Source of the DNA: Fibrobacteria bacterium | GTDB taxonomy: Bacteria; Fibrobacterota; Chitinivibrionia; Chitinivibrionales; FEN-1185 | NCBI GenBank assembly: GCA_037447435.1 | Contig: JBBIGR010000003.1 | Location: forward strand, 64,001-128,000 | Reading direction: 5' to 3' | Length of the DNA stretch: 64,000 nucleotides | Notes under the pieces: model-generated | Told to the model about the DNA's origin: nothing | The model's database searches: none | Seen by the model: only the letters and a program-made list of their open reading frames with translations | Position numbers and translations under genes: made by a program | Shown here: piece after piece, positions 1 through 8,489 of the stretch | Numbering within the stretch: position 1 is the first letter of the stretch | How the letters are laid out: every line of letters starts with the position of its first letter

Positions 1-286
1 TGTCTTTTGCCGTTGTGTCTTTCGCAATGTCCATTTGCGTTGCCCCTGCGCTTATTCCTATGGTAACATGTTGAAACGGTGAATACGAAATGTTAGCCAT
101 AATCCTGTTTAAAATGCAAGGAACAGTATCGTTTGTTATCGAATAGCCGCCCGCATGGTACGATACCCCTGCGGCTATACGATCGGGAGGAATTATAACA
201 GCCGGGTCGGCCAAATTGGAGGCAAAGCAAATACCATAAGCCATGATTGTAAAACAAAGAACTGCAATGTGATTAATAATCTTCAT
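1..286 (-). CDS. Secreted or outer-membrane hypothetical protein (partial, runs off the left edge)
   Basis: Manual translation from ATG at 286: MKIINHIAVLCFTIMAYGICFASNLADPAVIIPPDRIAAGVSYHAGGYSIT..., open to position 1. Signal-peptide-like N-terminus; lies just downstream of the Ig-repeat gene on the same strand. Not in the ORF track. Confidence 0.7.
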   Translation of the reverse strand, partial: MKIINHIAVLCFTIMAYGICFASNLADPAVIIPPDRIAAGVSYHAGGYSITNDTVPCILNRIMANISYSPFQHVTIGISAGATQMDIAKDTTAKD

Positions 287-349
287 GTTTTAATTTTGAT
301 CCTATCTACACGTCTCCGTGAATATGTGGTGCCGTTTCCATAAAAGACA

Positions 350-3300
350 CTAATTTGTCCCGCCACCCACAATAGGGAGAATTAATTGTGCCGGGCTCAA
401 AGTTTTAACGCCTTGGCTTTCGGCCCAAATCATGATTTCCACTTTCCAGGCATCTGCTTGTCCATACATAACCAAATTTGCGGCCTTTCCGCCAACTGTT
501 TGTACCGTTCTTGTAATTGATACCGTTGTTTGAGGATCGGCAACCCCGTTTTTAGGATCGGTATCGATATCATAGCCCATCCCATGATGAGCGGCCTTAT
601 AGGCATTAAGCTGGGCCGTATAAGCAGAATCCGTCATTGAAGATGCCCAACCGATAAGCGGTTCATACGTGTCGCGAACTCCATTACCGTTAAAATCGGC
701 AAATATGGTATCTTGATGAAGAATATTGCCCAAAGAATCGACGATCGTATTTGCCACTTTCCATGGCTCGACTACATCACCCGGAAGATAATCCCTTTTC
801 CCGTTTTTATTGATATCAAGATAAGGCGGGCCTGGGGTGAAAATACCGTCACCGTCTATATCTTCACCGCGCGACGCAACGCCGTCGCCATTTCGGTCCT
901 CTCCCGGATCAAGCTGATAATTATCGTTGAGGTCCTCAAACGGAAGAATGGTATAGGTTGTATCGATTTTAACGGAATAGTTATTCGTTCCGGATACCGG
1001 AGTAAATGTCGCGACCGGTTGTTTCATCACCCAGCCTGAAACTTTGCAGGAGAAAGTCACTTCCGTGCCGTCGGCAACCGGATTTCCATTGACATCGGTT
1101 ACAAGAGCTGCGCACGGCAAGCCGAACGTTCCGTCTTTAAAGTCTTTTCCTTCTACAATATTTTGCCGGATAGTAATGGCATGCGGAGGACCGGCGATCG
1201 TGAATTTCAACGTATCGGATTTGATTGAAGATAAATCGCCCGCAGTCACCCAAACTTGACGGAAGAGGCTGGGGATTTTCCCGGACACCAAATAGGTAAT
1301 TGCAGATCCGTCTTCGGCCGTAATTGCCGTCGGAGGATCCAGATATTCGCCGCCGCCGGGACCGGAGGCCATATTGAATGAAATTCGCTCGTCTTTGACG
1401 CGGTTTCCAAGCGAGTCGTATGCGACCGCGGTTATTTGAGCCTTACTGCCGTTTGCGGCAATAACCTCCGGCGTGCCCGAGAGCACGATGCGCTTGATCT
1501 TTGTTGCTCTAAAGTACAAGTTAAACGAAGCAGACGTCATTTCGGAAGATGATTTTGCAAACGCGAAAATCGTGGCGGTATTTGCAAATGTCGGATTTTT
1601 CAGGTACAACGACAGCTTTCCGTTGTCTGCGGGGGATAAGGTCAATCGCCGGGTAAAAACGGTGTCGCGATTCAAACTGCCGAGCGTCACGCTGACGTCT
1701 ACCGTGGCATTGCTTATGGGAGTGGTTTTGTCCCCTTGCTTATAATAAATGTAAATCAGTGTAGAGTCTTTGCCGTTTGCAATGCACAATTGGCCGGCGG
1801 CGGTATCTATGGACAAATAATTAGACGAATAAGAAATTCCGACCTTGGCCGTCGCTCCTGCGGCTTCCGCCCGAATCGTATCAACGCCGGTCCCTTTTCC
1901 AAAAACTTTGCATCGGGCCTGCCCGCTCGTATTGGTTGCGGAATCGAGGACCAGAATATGGGTACTGTCCTGTTGTTTTGAAAAATTGACCGGTTCACCG
2001 ACAATCGGATTTTTAGATGCATCGGTTAACAGTATTGTCACTATGCTCGAATCCTTGCCGCTCGAATTGATACTGGGCGGATTTGACGCGGCGGAGATTG
2101 CTACACCGGTGAATTCGACGAGGATCGTGACGAACCTCGAGGGGTCTTTTGCCAACGTGGCTTTAACCGTTGCGATTGCATTGCGCCGATCGCTTGTCAA
2201 ATATGCAATTGCACGGCCATTGTCGTCTGTTTTTGCAGTGCCCGTCACCATGCCGGCATCGGTCGTAAAGGTGATATCGTCGCCTATGATAGGGTTATTG
2301 TCTTCGTTTTTCACCTGTACCGTGATCGTTGCTTTACTGGTACCGTCCGCCTGGATAACCGTCGGGATCGAATTGATCGTGATTGTTCGTGTGGTGATTA
2401 ATGTCAAAGATGTTGATGACGAAGCCATTTCCGAAGAAGAATTATAGGCGGTTACCTCGAGTGTCATGATGCATTCATACGGCAAGGCGGTAATGCCGAT
2501 TGCACTTTTGCCTTGAGCGTCGGTTTTTGCAATGAGTAAATCCGAAGTATCTTTACCGGCAATAGTTTGGTACGTCCGTTTAACCTTTATATCCTTGCCG
2601 GACAATGGGTCGCCGCTGCCGTTTTTAAAAAGGACATGCAATGTCGTCGATTTCGAATCCCTGGCCTGCAGGATCTTATCGTCGAGCGATATGGACAATA
2701 GCAGGTCGGTAACGTTTATTTTCAGGCTTGCGGTCGCTCCGGCCGCATAGATGCGGACCGAATCGGTTCCGGTCTTCGTCCCTTTGATAATGCATTGCGC
2801 AATTCCTTCCGGTCCCGAAATGCTGTCTTTGGACACAATTGTCAGGTTCGAGGCGGCATCTTTTCCCAGCGTAAAGAAAATCGGCGCATAGGGAATCGGG
2901 TCGTTCGCCGCATTGACGCAAAGGGCATGCAGTACCGTTGTTGCGCCGGGTTTCAAATTTGTCGAGTCCGACGTGACAAGGATCGACGCACCCTTGAAAA
3001 CGACCTTCGTTTGGGCGGTTTTTGACCGGTCCGATACTAAAAATACGGTTACAAATCCGGTGTCGTTGGCATTTGAACTTGTCAATGTTGCCCTGGCAAC
3101 GCCCTGATTATCGGTCGCAACCTGCCCGAGCCCCGGACAGGTTGATTGCGTGCCGACGATAAGCCCCGCGCTCGTCATAAACTGAACGCATTGACCGACG
3201 ACCGGGTTGTTGTTTTCATTTTTTAACACAACGGCAATGGAAGTCGTATCTTTTCCGTCGGCACGCAGAACGGCGCGATTCGGGGAAACGCTGAGAAGCT

Positions 3301-3745
3301 TTTGTATGAGGTCGGGCGTGTTGGTGATGTCGATGTGAAGCGTTTGAGACGTTGTCAAACACGTCAATGTAATATCCATCCGGCTCTTGACCGTATCGCT
3401 GATTTTAAGTACCGCATGGCCCTTGGCATCGGCAATCAGCGTGTCTGCCGAAAGCCATCCGCGGTTCGCCTTGCATGCGACTTTAGCACTTGCAAACGGT
3501 GTGGACAGCGAACTGTCTTGCATGACGGTTATTCCAATTGACAATGTATCGTCGATCCCGACGTAATTGCTGTCTTGTGCAACGACGAAATACGGCTTAA
3601 TGGCGGTGCTTTGGCGATCGTTCCCGTTTTGGTCGTTGGGGCCGGTTGGTGCCAGCGTCCCATTGTCGTCTTTGATGGTGCAGAGTAAAAACATGCTCAA
3701 ACCGCAAGCTGCGATCAAATTGGTAATATATTTTACAGATTTCAC
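350..3745 (-). CDS. Large Ig-like (Big_1/invasin-type) repeat lipoprotein with C-terminal DxDxDG-type Ca-binding repeats
   Basis: 1131 aa; GTG start with AGAAGGAG RBS; hydrophobic leader ending LLC. Repeated ADGxxxxxIxVxxKNExNNPxxG...TDxNGxAxxxLTS units; EDLNDN/EDRNGDG/EDIDGDG/DINKNG/DFNGNG repeats near the C-terminus. Confidence 0.8.
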   Translation of the reverse strand: MKSVKYITNLIAACGLSMFLLCTIKDDNGTLAPTGPNDQNGNDRQSTAIKPYFVVAQDSNYVGIDDTLSIGITVMQDSSLSTPFASAKVACKANRGWLSADTLIADAKGHAVLKISDTVKSRMDITLTCLTTSQTLHIDITNTPDLIQKLLSVSPNRAVLRADGKDTTSIAVVLKNENNNPVVGQCVQFMTSAGLIVGTQSTCPGLGQVATDNQGVARATLTSSNANDTGFVTVFLVSDRSKTAQTKVVFKGASILVTSDSTNLKPGATTVLHALCVNAANDPIPYAPIFFTLGKDAASNLTIVSKDSISGPEGIAQCIIKGTKTGTDSVRIYAAGATASLKINVTDLLLSISLDDKILQARDSKSTTLHVLFKNGSGDPLSGKDIKVKRTYQTIAGKDTSDLLIAKTDAQGKSAIGITALPYECIMTLEVTAYNSSSEMASSSTSLTLITTRTITINSIPTVIQADGTSKATITVQVKNEDNNPIIGDDITFTTDAGMVTGTAKTDDNGRAIAYLTSDRRNAIATVKATLAKDPSRFVTILVEFTGVAISAASNPPSINSSGKDSSIVTILLTDASKNPIVGEPVNFSKQQDSTHILVLDSATNTSGQARCKVFGKGTGVDTIRAEAAGATAKVGISYSSNYLSIDTAAGQLCIANGKDSTLIYIYYKQGDKTTPISNATVDVSVTLGSLNRDTVFTRRLTLSPADNGKLSLYLKNPTFANTATIFAFAKSSSEMTSASFNLYFRATKIKRIVLSGTPEVIAANGSKAQITAVAYDSLGNRVKDERISFNMASGPGGGEYLDPPTAITAEDGSAITYLVSGKIPSLFRQVWVTAGDLSSIKSDTLKFTIAGPPHAITIRQNIVEGKDFKDGTFGLPCAALVTDVNGNPVADGTEVTFSCKVSGWVMKQPVATFTPVSGTNNYSVKIDTTYTILPFEDLNDNYQLDPGEDRNGDGVASRGEDIDGDGIFTPGPPYLDINKNGKRDYLPGDVVEPWKVANTIVDSLGNILHQDTIFADFNGNGVRDTYEPLIGWASSMTDSAYTAQLNAYKAAHHGMGYDIDTDPKNGVADPQTTVSITRTVQTVGGKAANLVMYGQADAWKVEIMIWAESQGVKTLSPAQLILPIVGGGTN

Positions 3746-3912
3746 AAAGTCTCCTTCTAGGGAGATGAAAAGTATTTTTAAAAAGGCCCGATTTTTATCA
3801 AATGATTAAAAACACGATTTTAATGGAATTTTGCATTTAAATTATACGTATCTTACGTTGAAAAATTCAATTATTAAAATTCCTCTTTTAAGGAAAACGA
3901 ATCCGCAAAATT

Positions 3913-5220
3913 ATGGACCAATTACACACTCGCCTCATAACGGTTGTTTCGGTGGATAAAGGCTCGGCGGCCCAAAAATGCGGGCTTCGGTCCGGGGACA
4001 AAATAATATCTGTCAACGATTCGCCGGTTAAGGACGAATTCGATTTCCGCTTCCACGCGGCATGCGATACGGTCAGGATGGTCATTCTCCGGGAAAACAT
4101 ACCCCGAATGCTCTGCTTGGACCGTAGCGACAATACGCTGCTTGGCATTCATTTCGCGCAGCCGAAACTGAAAAAATGCGGAAATAAATGCATTTTCTGT
4201 TTTGTCGATCAAATGCCCAAGGGGCTTCGGAAAAGCCTGTACATCAAGGATGAGGATTTGGGATATTCATTTACTAATGGAAACTATGTGACGCTTTCGA
4301 CCACTCCCAACGCCGAATTGTCGCGCCTTGCAAAGTTAGGGATGTCGCCGTTATTTATTTCGGTTCATGCGACAGATACCAAGCTGCGGCGGGCTTTATT
4401 ATGCAATCCCAGGGCATACGATATAATGGAGCAATTGCGTTTCGGCGCAAAGGAAGGGCTTTCGTTCCATACGCAAATCGTGGTATGTCCCGGTTATAAC
4501 GACGGAAGCGTCCTTGCACGGTCGATTCGGGATTTGTTATCGCTGAAACATGGGCTATTATCGATAGCGGTTGTGCCGGTTGGGCTTACCTCTCATAGGA
4601 AAATACCGTTAACACCGGTTAATAAGGATATTGCAAGTGCCGTCGTAGACCTTGTTTCTCCAATGAGCGATGCCGATACAAGTAAAAATGGAAACAGGAG
4701 GCTTTTTTGCGCCGATGAATTTTTTATAAAAGCCGAAATTCCTATACCGCAGAAAAGGTATTATGAAGAATATCCTCAAATAGAAAACGGCGTTGGCCTT
4801 GTTCGGCAGCTTTTAGACGAATGGACGAGAATTAAACGCGGTGTATTGCAAAAACAATTGGAATCGAAATCGAAACGAAAAAATGTACTTATCGTTACGT
4901 CCGAATCCGCGGCAGCATTCTTAAAACGCATTGTGACCGATTGCAATAATGTACGCAAAAACGATGCTGTCGGATTATGCGTGGTAAAAAACAACTTTTT
5001 CGGAGGCCATGTTTCCGTAGCGGGGCTGCTGACTGCTTCCGATATTTTTCATTCGGTAAAACAAGTTAAAACTAAATTCGAGCTGCTCATCGTGCCGCAT
5101 ATCATTTTTAATTATCAAGGTTTTACTCTCGATGGATATTCTCCCGGCAGAATGCAAAAAATGCTTGGCGTGAAGTTGACGGTCGCGGATTCACTCTCGA
5201 CGATGGTATCAAACCTATGA
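3913..5220 (+). CDS. PDZ + DUF512 putative radical SAM/Fe-S protein (TIGR03279-like)
   Basis: N-terminal PDZ-like GSAAQKCGLRSGDKIISVN; CGNKCIFCFVDQMPKGLR; YPQIENGVG; NNFFGGHVSVAGLLT. Confidence 0.85.
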   Translation: MDQLHTRLITVVSVDKGSAAQKCGLRSGDKIISVNDSPVKDEFDFRFHAACDTVRMVILRENIPRMLCLDRSDNTLLGIHFAQPKLKKCGNKCIFCFVDQMPKGLRKSLYIKDEDLGYSFTNGNYVTLSTTPNAELSRLAKLGMSPLFISVHATDTKLRRALLCNPRAYDIMEQLRFGAKEGLSFHTQIVVCPGYNDGSVLARSIRDLLSLKHGLLSIAVVPVGLTSHRKIPLTPVNKDIASAVVDLVSPMSDADTSKNGNRRLFCADEFFIKAEIPIPQKRYYEEYPQIENGVGLVRQLLDEWTRIKRGVLQKQLESKSKRKNVLIVTSESAAAFLKRIVTDCNNVRKNDAVGLCVVKNNFFGGHVSVAGLLTASDIFHSVKQVKTKFELLIVPHIIFNYQGFTLDGYSPGRMQKMLGVKLTVADSLSTMVSNL

Positions 5221-5930
5221 TACCGGTAAAAATAGGCGAGAAAGTTAGGCTGAACAGATTTTTAGCATCCTGCGGTCTGGGCACAAGGCGGGAATGTGAA
5301 TCTTTGATTGCGGCAGGCGCTATTTCCGTTAATGGTGCCGTTGTCAAAGACCTTGGCAGAAAAATTGCAGCCGGTGAAGATACCGTGGAATACAAAGGGA
5401 AGCCCGTTTCTTCAAACGCAACTCATATTTACAGAGCTTATCATATTGCGGAAAGTGGTAATGCGGCAAATTTAAATGAAACCTTCAACGGCAAAACCTT
5501 ACGGCCGCTCGACCGGCTTGACGAAAACGTCCGGGGCCTGCTTATTTTTACGACGGATTCCGATTTGATACACCGATGTACTTTTACCCGATATCCTTTA
5601 AAATCCGTTTACCGGCTTCGTACCGATACAATGCTTTCCAATGAGCATTTGCAAAACCTCATAAGCGGGGTAGAGTCCAAAGGTCAAGTTCTGCATGCCG
5701 TTGAAATTGAAAGACATAAAGAGCTTGATGGCGAATGTTTGATTGTAACCGTATATGAAAGAAAAACAAACCAAATTCAGCGGTTATTTGAATCTTTAGG
5801 ATATGTTTGTACCTTTATTGAACGAATTCAATTCGGTCCGATCCGGCTTGATGGAATTCCTGAAAACTCCTATAGGACATTATCGAGCCTCGAAGTCGCT
5901 GCGCTTTCGTCTGCAGGATATTCCCGATAG
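5217..5930 (+). CDS. S4-domain pseudouridine synthase, RsuA/RluB family (divergent)
   Basis: S4 domain RLNRFLASCGLGTRRECESLI; core motif RLDENVRGLLIFT; several other family motifs eroded; 4-bp overlap with the upstream gene. Confidence 0.75.
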   Translation: MIPVKIGEKVRLNRFLASCGLGTRRECESLIAAGAISVNGAVVKDLGRKIAAGEDTVEYKGKPVSSNATHIYRAYHIAESGNAANLNETFNGKTLRPLDRLDENVRGLLIFTTDSDLIHRCTFTRYPLKSVYRLRTDTMLSNEHLQNLISGVESKGQVLHAVEIERHKELDGECLIVTVYERKTNQIQRLFESLGYVCTFIERIQFGPIRLDGIPENSYRTLSSLEVAALSSAGYSR

Positions 5931-5941
5931 AGTTTTTCAGG

Positions 5942-5971
5942 TTGACTTTACAATCTGCGCAACCATATAAT
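5942..5971 (+). promoter_or_regulatory. Candidate sigma70 promoter of the GGDEF/HD-GYP gene
   Basis: TTGACT-N18-TATAAT in the intergenic gap. Confidence 0.55.
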
Positions 5972-6033
5972 GTAACAGCGGCATCCCGGCTGTGAATACT
6001 TCCGGCCGGCGGGGTTCCAGCGGAAACGCAGAT

Positions 6034-7983
6034 ATGATAAATAATTTCGATATTGCAACGGTGAATAAATTTCTCGCATCATATCCCGATGGCGTGGTGG
6101 TTTGCGATGACAAGGGTATTATTATTGCAATCAATCCGTTAGCTGCGTCCTTTTTTGCCCCTCTTTCAAAAAAAAACGGATCCGTCGGTTCACCGCTTCC
6201 CGTGCCGCTTAAAATAGGTGAAACTTTCGAAATCGTCATTGGTGAAACCACATTGGAAATCCGGGCCTCAAGCCTCATGGAATTTCCGCAAAAAATGATA
6301 CTCGCAGCCGTGCGCGACATAACGGACCGTAAAAAGCGTGAAAATGCCATTTGCGCAAGTGAAGAACGGTACGCGCTTGCCGTTCAAGGATCCAATGACG
6401 GACTGTGGGACTGGGATCTTAAAAACAGCCGGGTGTTTTATTCCGAACGATGGAAATCGATATTAGGGTACGACCAATTTGAAATAGGGACAAGCCCCGA
6501 AGAGTGGTTCAGCCGTATCCACGCCGACGACTTAACAAACGTTAAATCTATTATATCCGCTCATATTGAAGGCGCTACGCCGACACTGGAATGCGAACAC
6601 CGTGTCGCGCATAAAGACGGTTCTTTTCGATGGCTTTTGTGCCGGGGAATTGCGGTATTCGGCAAAGACGGAACCGTATGCCGCTTGACCGGGTCGCAAA
6701 CCGATATCACCGAGAGAAAAGAAGCGGAGCAAAAACTTGCCGCAGCAATGAGCGATTTGAAGTTTGCACTTGCTTCGGAACAGGTGCTTCTTGACGAATT
6801 GGATAAAAAAAACAAAGAGCTTATCGAACTGTCCATAACCGACGGGCTTACGGGACTCTACAATCATCGGTTTATCCAGGAACGTTTTGAATTCGAATTC
6901 AAACGGGTAAAACGATACGGCGGCACGCTGTCGTGCATGATGATCGATATAGACCATTTCAAGAACCTTAACGATACCTATGGACATCAATGCGGCGATC
7001 ATGTTTTAAGGGAAATTTCCGCATTGTTGCGTAAGCTGTCGCGCGAGGTCGATATATGCGGGAGATACGGCGGCGAAGAATTTCTTATATTAACAAATGT
7101 TAATATCGATTTTACCACGTTATTTGCAAATAAGCTTCATGCGGCAATCGAGCGTCATCCGTTTTCCTTTGAAGATAAAACGTTTCAGGTAACGGTGAGT
7201 ATCGGCGTGGCCGATTTCAGACCGAGCATGAAAGACCGGCATGAGCTGATCGAACATGCGGATATGGCTTTGTATCAGGCCAAAGAAGACGGCAGAAATC
7301 TGATCAGGGTATGGAAAGAAAAAATGGGGGAAGACGAACAGACCGTCGATCACTACAGCGCTCAGGAATTAAAAAAGAAATTCGTGCTTCTTTCCGACCA
7401 AATGCGCGGGACCTACATGGAATACACCAACGCGTTGGTCAAAGCCGTGGATGCGAAAGATCCTTTTACAAAAGAGCATTCTCAGAATGTCTCGAACAGC
7501 GCCGTATCCATTGCGCGCGCAATGAAACTGCCCGATACCGACGTGGAAATTATCAAATACGCGGGTTTGCTGCATGATGTTGGAAAAATTGCCGTAAACC
7601 AGGACATACTCGTTAAAAAAGAACCCCTTACGAAAGAAGAATTCGAACACCTTAAAAAGCACTCGGTCATCGGCGTCAATATATTGAAGGATATTCGGTT
7701 CTTGGAAAAGGAAATCCCCTTGATTTTGCATCATCACGAACGGTGGGACGGCAAAGGATATCCGCACGGCCTTCGCGGCAGGGAAATACCGCTGGGTGCC
7801 CGCATAATAGCCGTTGCCGACGCTTTCGACGCGATGACCTCGGGGCGAGGGTACAAAGACAAAGTTCCCTTGGCAAGTGTGATTGCCGAATTACGGCGAG
7901 GAAGCGGGACGCAATTTGCGCCGGAGGTAGTCGATGTGTTTATTACGGTTCTGGAAAATATCCCGGACAACCATAAACCGTGA
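6034..7983 (+). CDS. PAS-PAS-GGDEF-HD-GYP c-di-GMP turnover protein
   Basis: PAS (GSNDGLWDWD...WFSRIHADD); GGEEF with RxxD I-site (REVD); HDVGK and HHERWDGKGYP. The ORF track starts at GTG 5992; ATG 6034 is preferred. Confidence 0.92.
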   Translation: MINNFDIATVNKFLASYPDGVVVCDDKGIIIAINPLAASFFAPLSKKNGSVGSPLPVPLKIGETFEIVIGETTLEIRASSLMEFPQKMILAAVRDITDRKKRENAICASEERYALAVQGSNDGLWDWDLKNSRVFYSERWKSILGYDQFEIGTSPEEWFSRIHADDLTNVKSIISAHIEGATPTLECEHRVAHKDGSFRWLLCRGIAVFGKDGTVCRLTGSQTDITERKEAEQKLAAAMSDLKFALASEQVLLDELDKKNKELIELSITDGLTGLYNHRFIQERFEFEFKRVKRYGGTLSCMMIDIDHFKNLNDTYGHQCGDHVLREISALLRKLSREVDICGRYGGEEFLILTNVNIDFTTLFANKLHAAIERHPFSFEDKTFQVTVSIGVADFRPSMKDRHELIEHADMALYQAKEDGRNLIRVWKEKMGEDEQTVDHYSAQELKKKFVLLSDQMRGTYMEYTNALVKAVDAKDPFTKEHSQNVSNSAVSIARAMKLPDTDVEIIKYAGLLHDVGKIAVNQDILVKKEPLTKEEFEHLKKHSVIGVNILKDIRFLEKEIPLILHHHERWDGKGYPHGLRGREIPLGARIIAVADAFDAMTSGRGYKDKVPLASVIAELRRGSGTQFAPEVVDVFITVLENIPDNHKP

Positions 7984-7991
7984 AAATTGAT

Positions 7992-8020
7992 TTGATGTAT
8001 AATGTGAGATAATGTATAAT
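7992..8020 (+). promoter_or_regulatory. Candidate sigma70 promoter of the STAS gene
   Basis: TTGATG-N17-TATAAT. Confidence 0.55.
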
Positions 8021-8115
8021 TATGAAAAGGTTCATCCCCGTACGGGGTCGGGACTGCTAAATGATAAAAGATCTCTCGCATGGCGTTAAGATACCGGAAG
8101 ATTGTGGAGGAATAA

Positions 8116-8460
8116 ATGAAAATACGTATTGAAGATATTGAAAATGTAACGGTCGTATTCATAGATGGTAATGTGTTGCAGGAAAATGTCCCGATCTTCA
8201 GGGTTAAACTTTTGGAACTTGTTGAGGAAGGCAAGGTCAATATCGTTCTGGATATGGTCGCATCCAATTATATCAGTTCGATGTGTCTGGCAACCATCGT
8301 CGATGTCAAGAAAAAAGTCAATGAACAGGGCGGCGACCTCAAATTAGCACGCGTCAATAAACTCGTGCGTAATCTGCTCGAAACAACGAGCCTCATCAAA
8401 AAAGTCGAAACCTATGAGGAAATCGATCAGGCGGTACAATCTTTTGCTCCCAAAAAATGA
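8116..8460 (+). CDS. STAS-domain anti-sigma factor antagonist
   Basis: 114 aa; IVLDMVASNYISSMCL and GGDLKLARVNKLVRNLLETT; GGAGG RBS. Confidence 0.88.
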   Translation: MKIRIEDIENVTVVFIDGNVLQENVPIFRVKLLELVEEGKVNIVLDMVASNYISSMCLATIVDVKKKVNEQGGDLKLARVNKLVRNLLETTSLIKKVETYEEIDQAVQSFAPKK

Positions 8461-8489
8461 ACCGAACGGTTATATTCATTTAGCAATAA

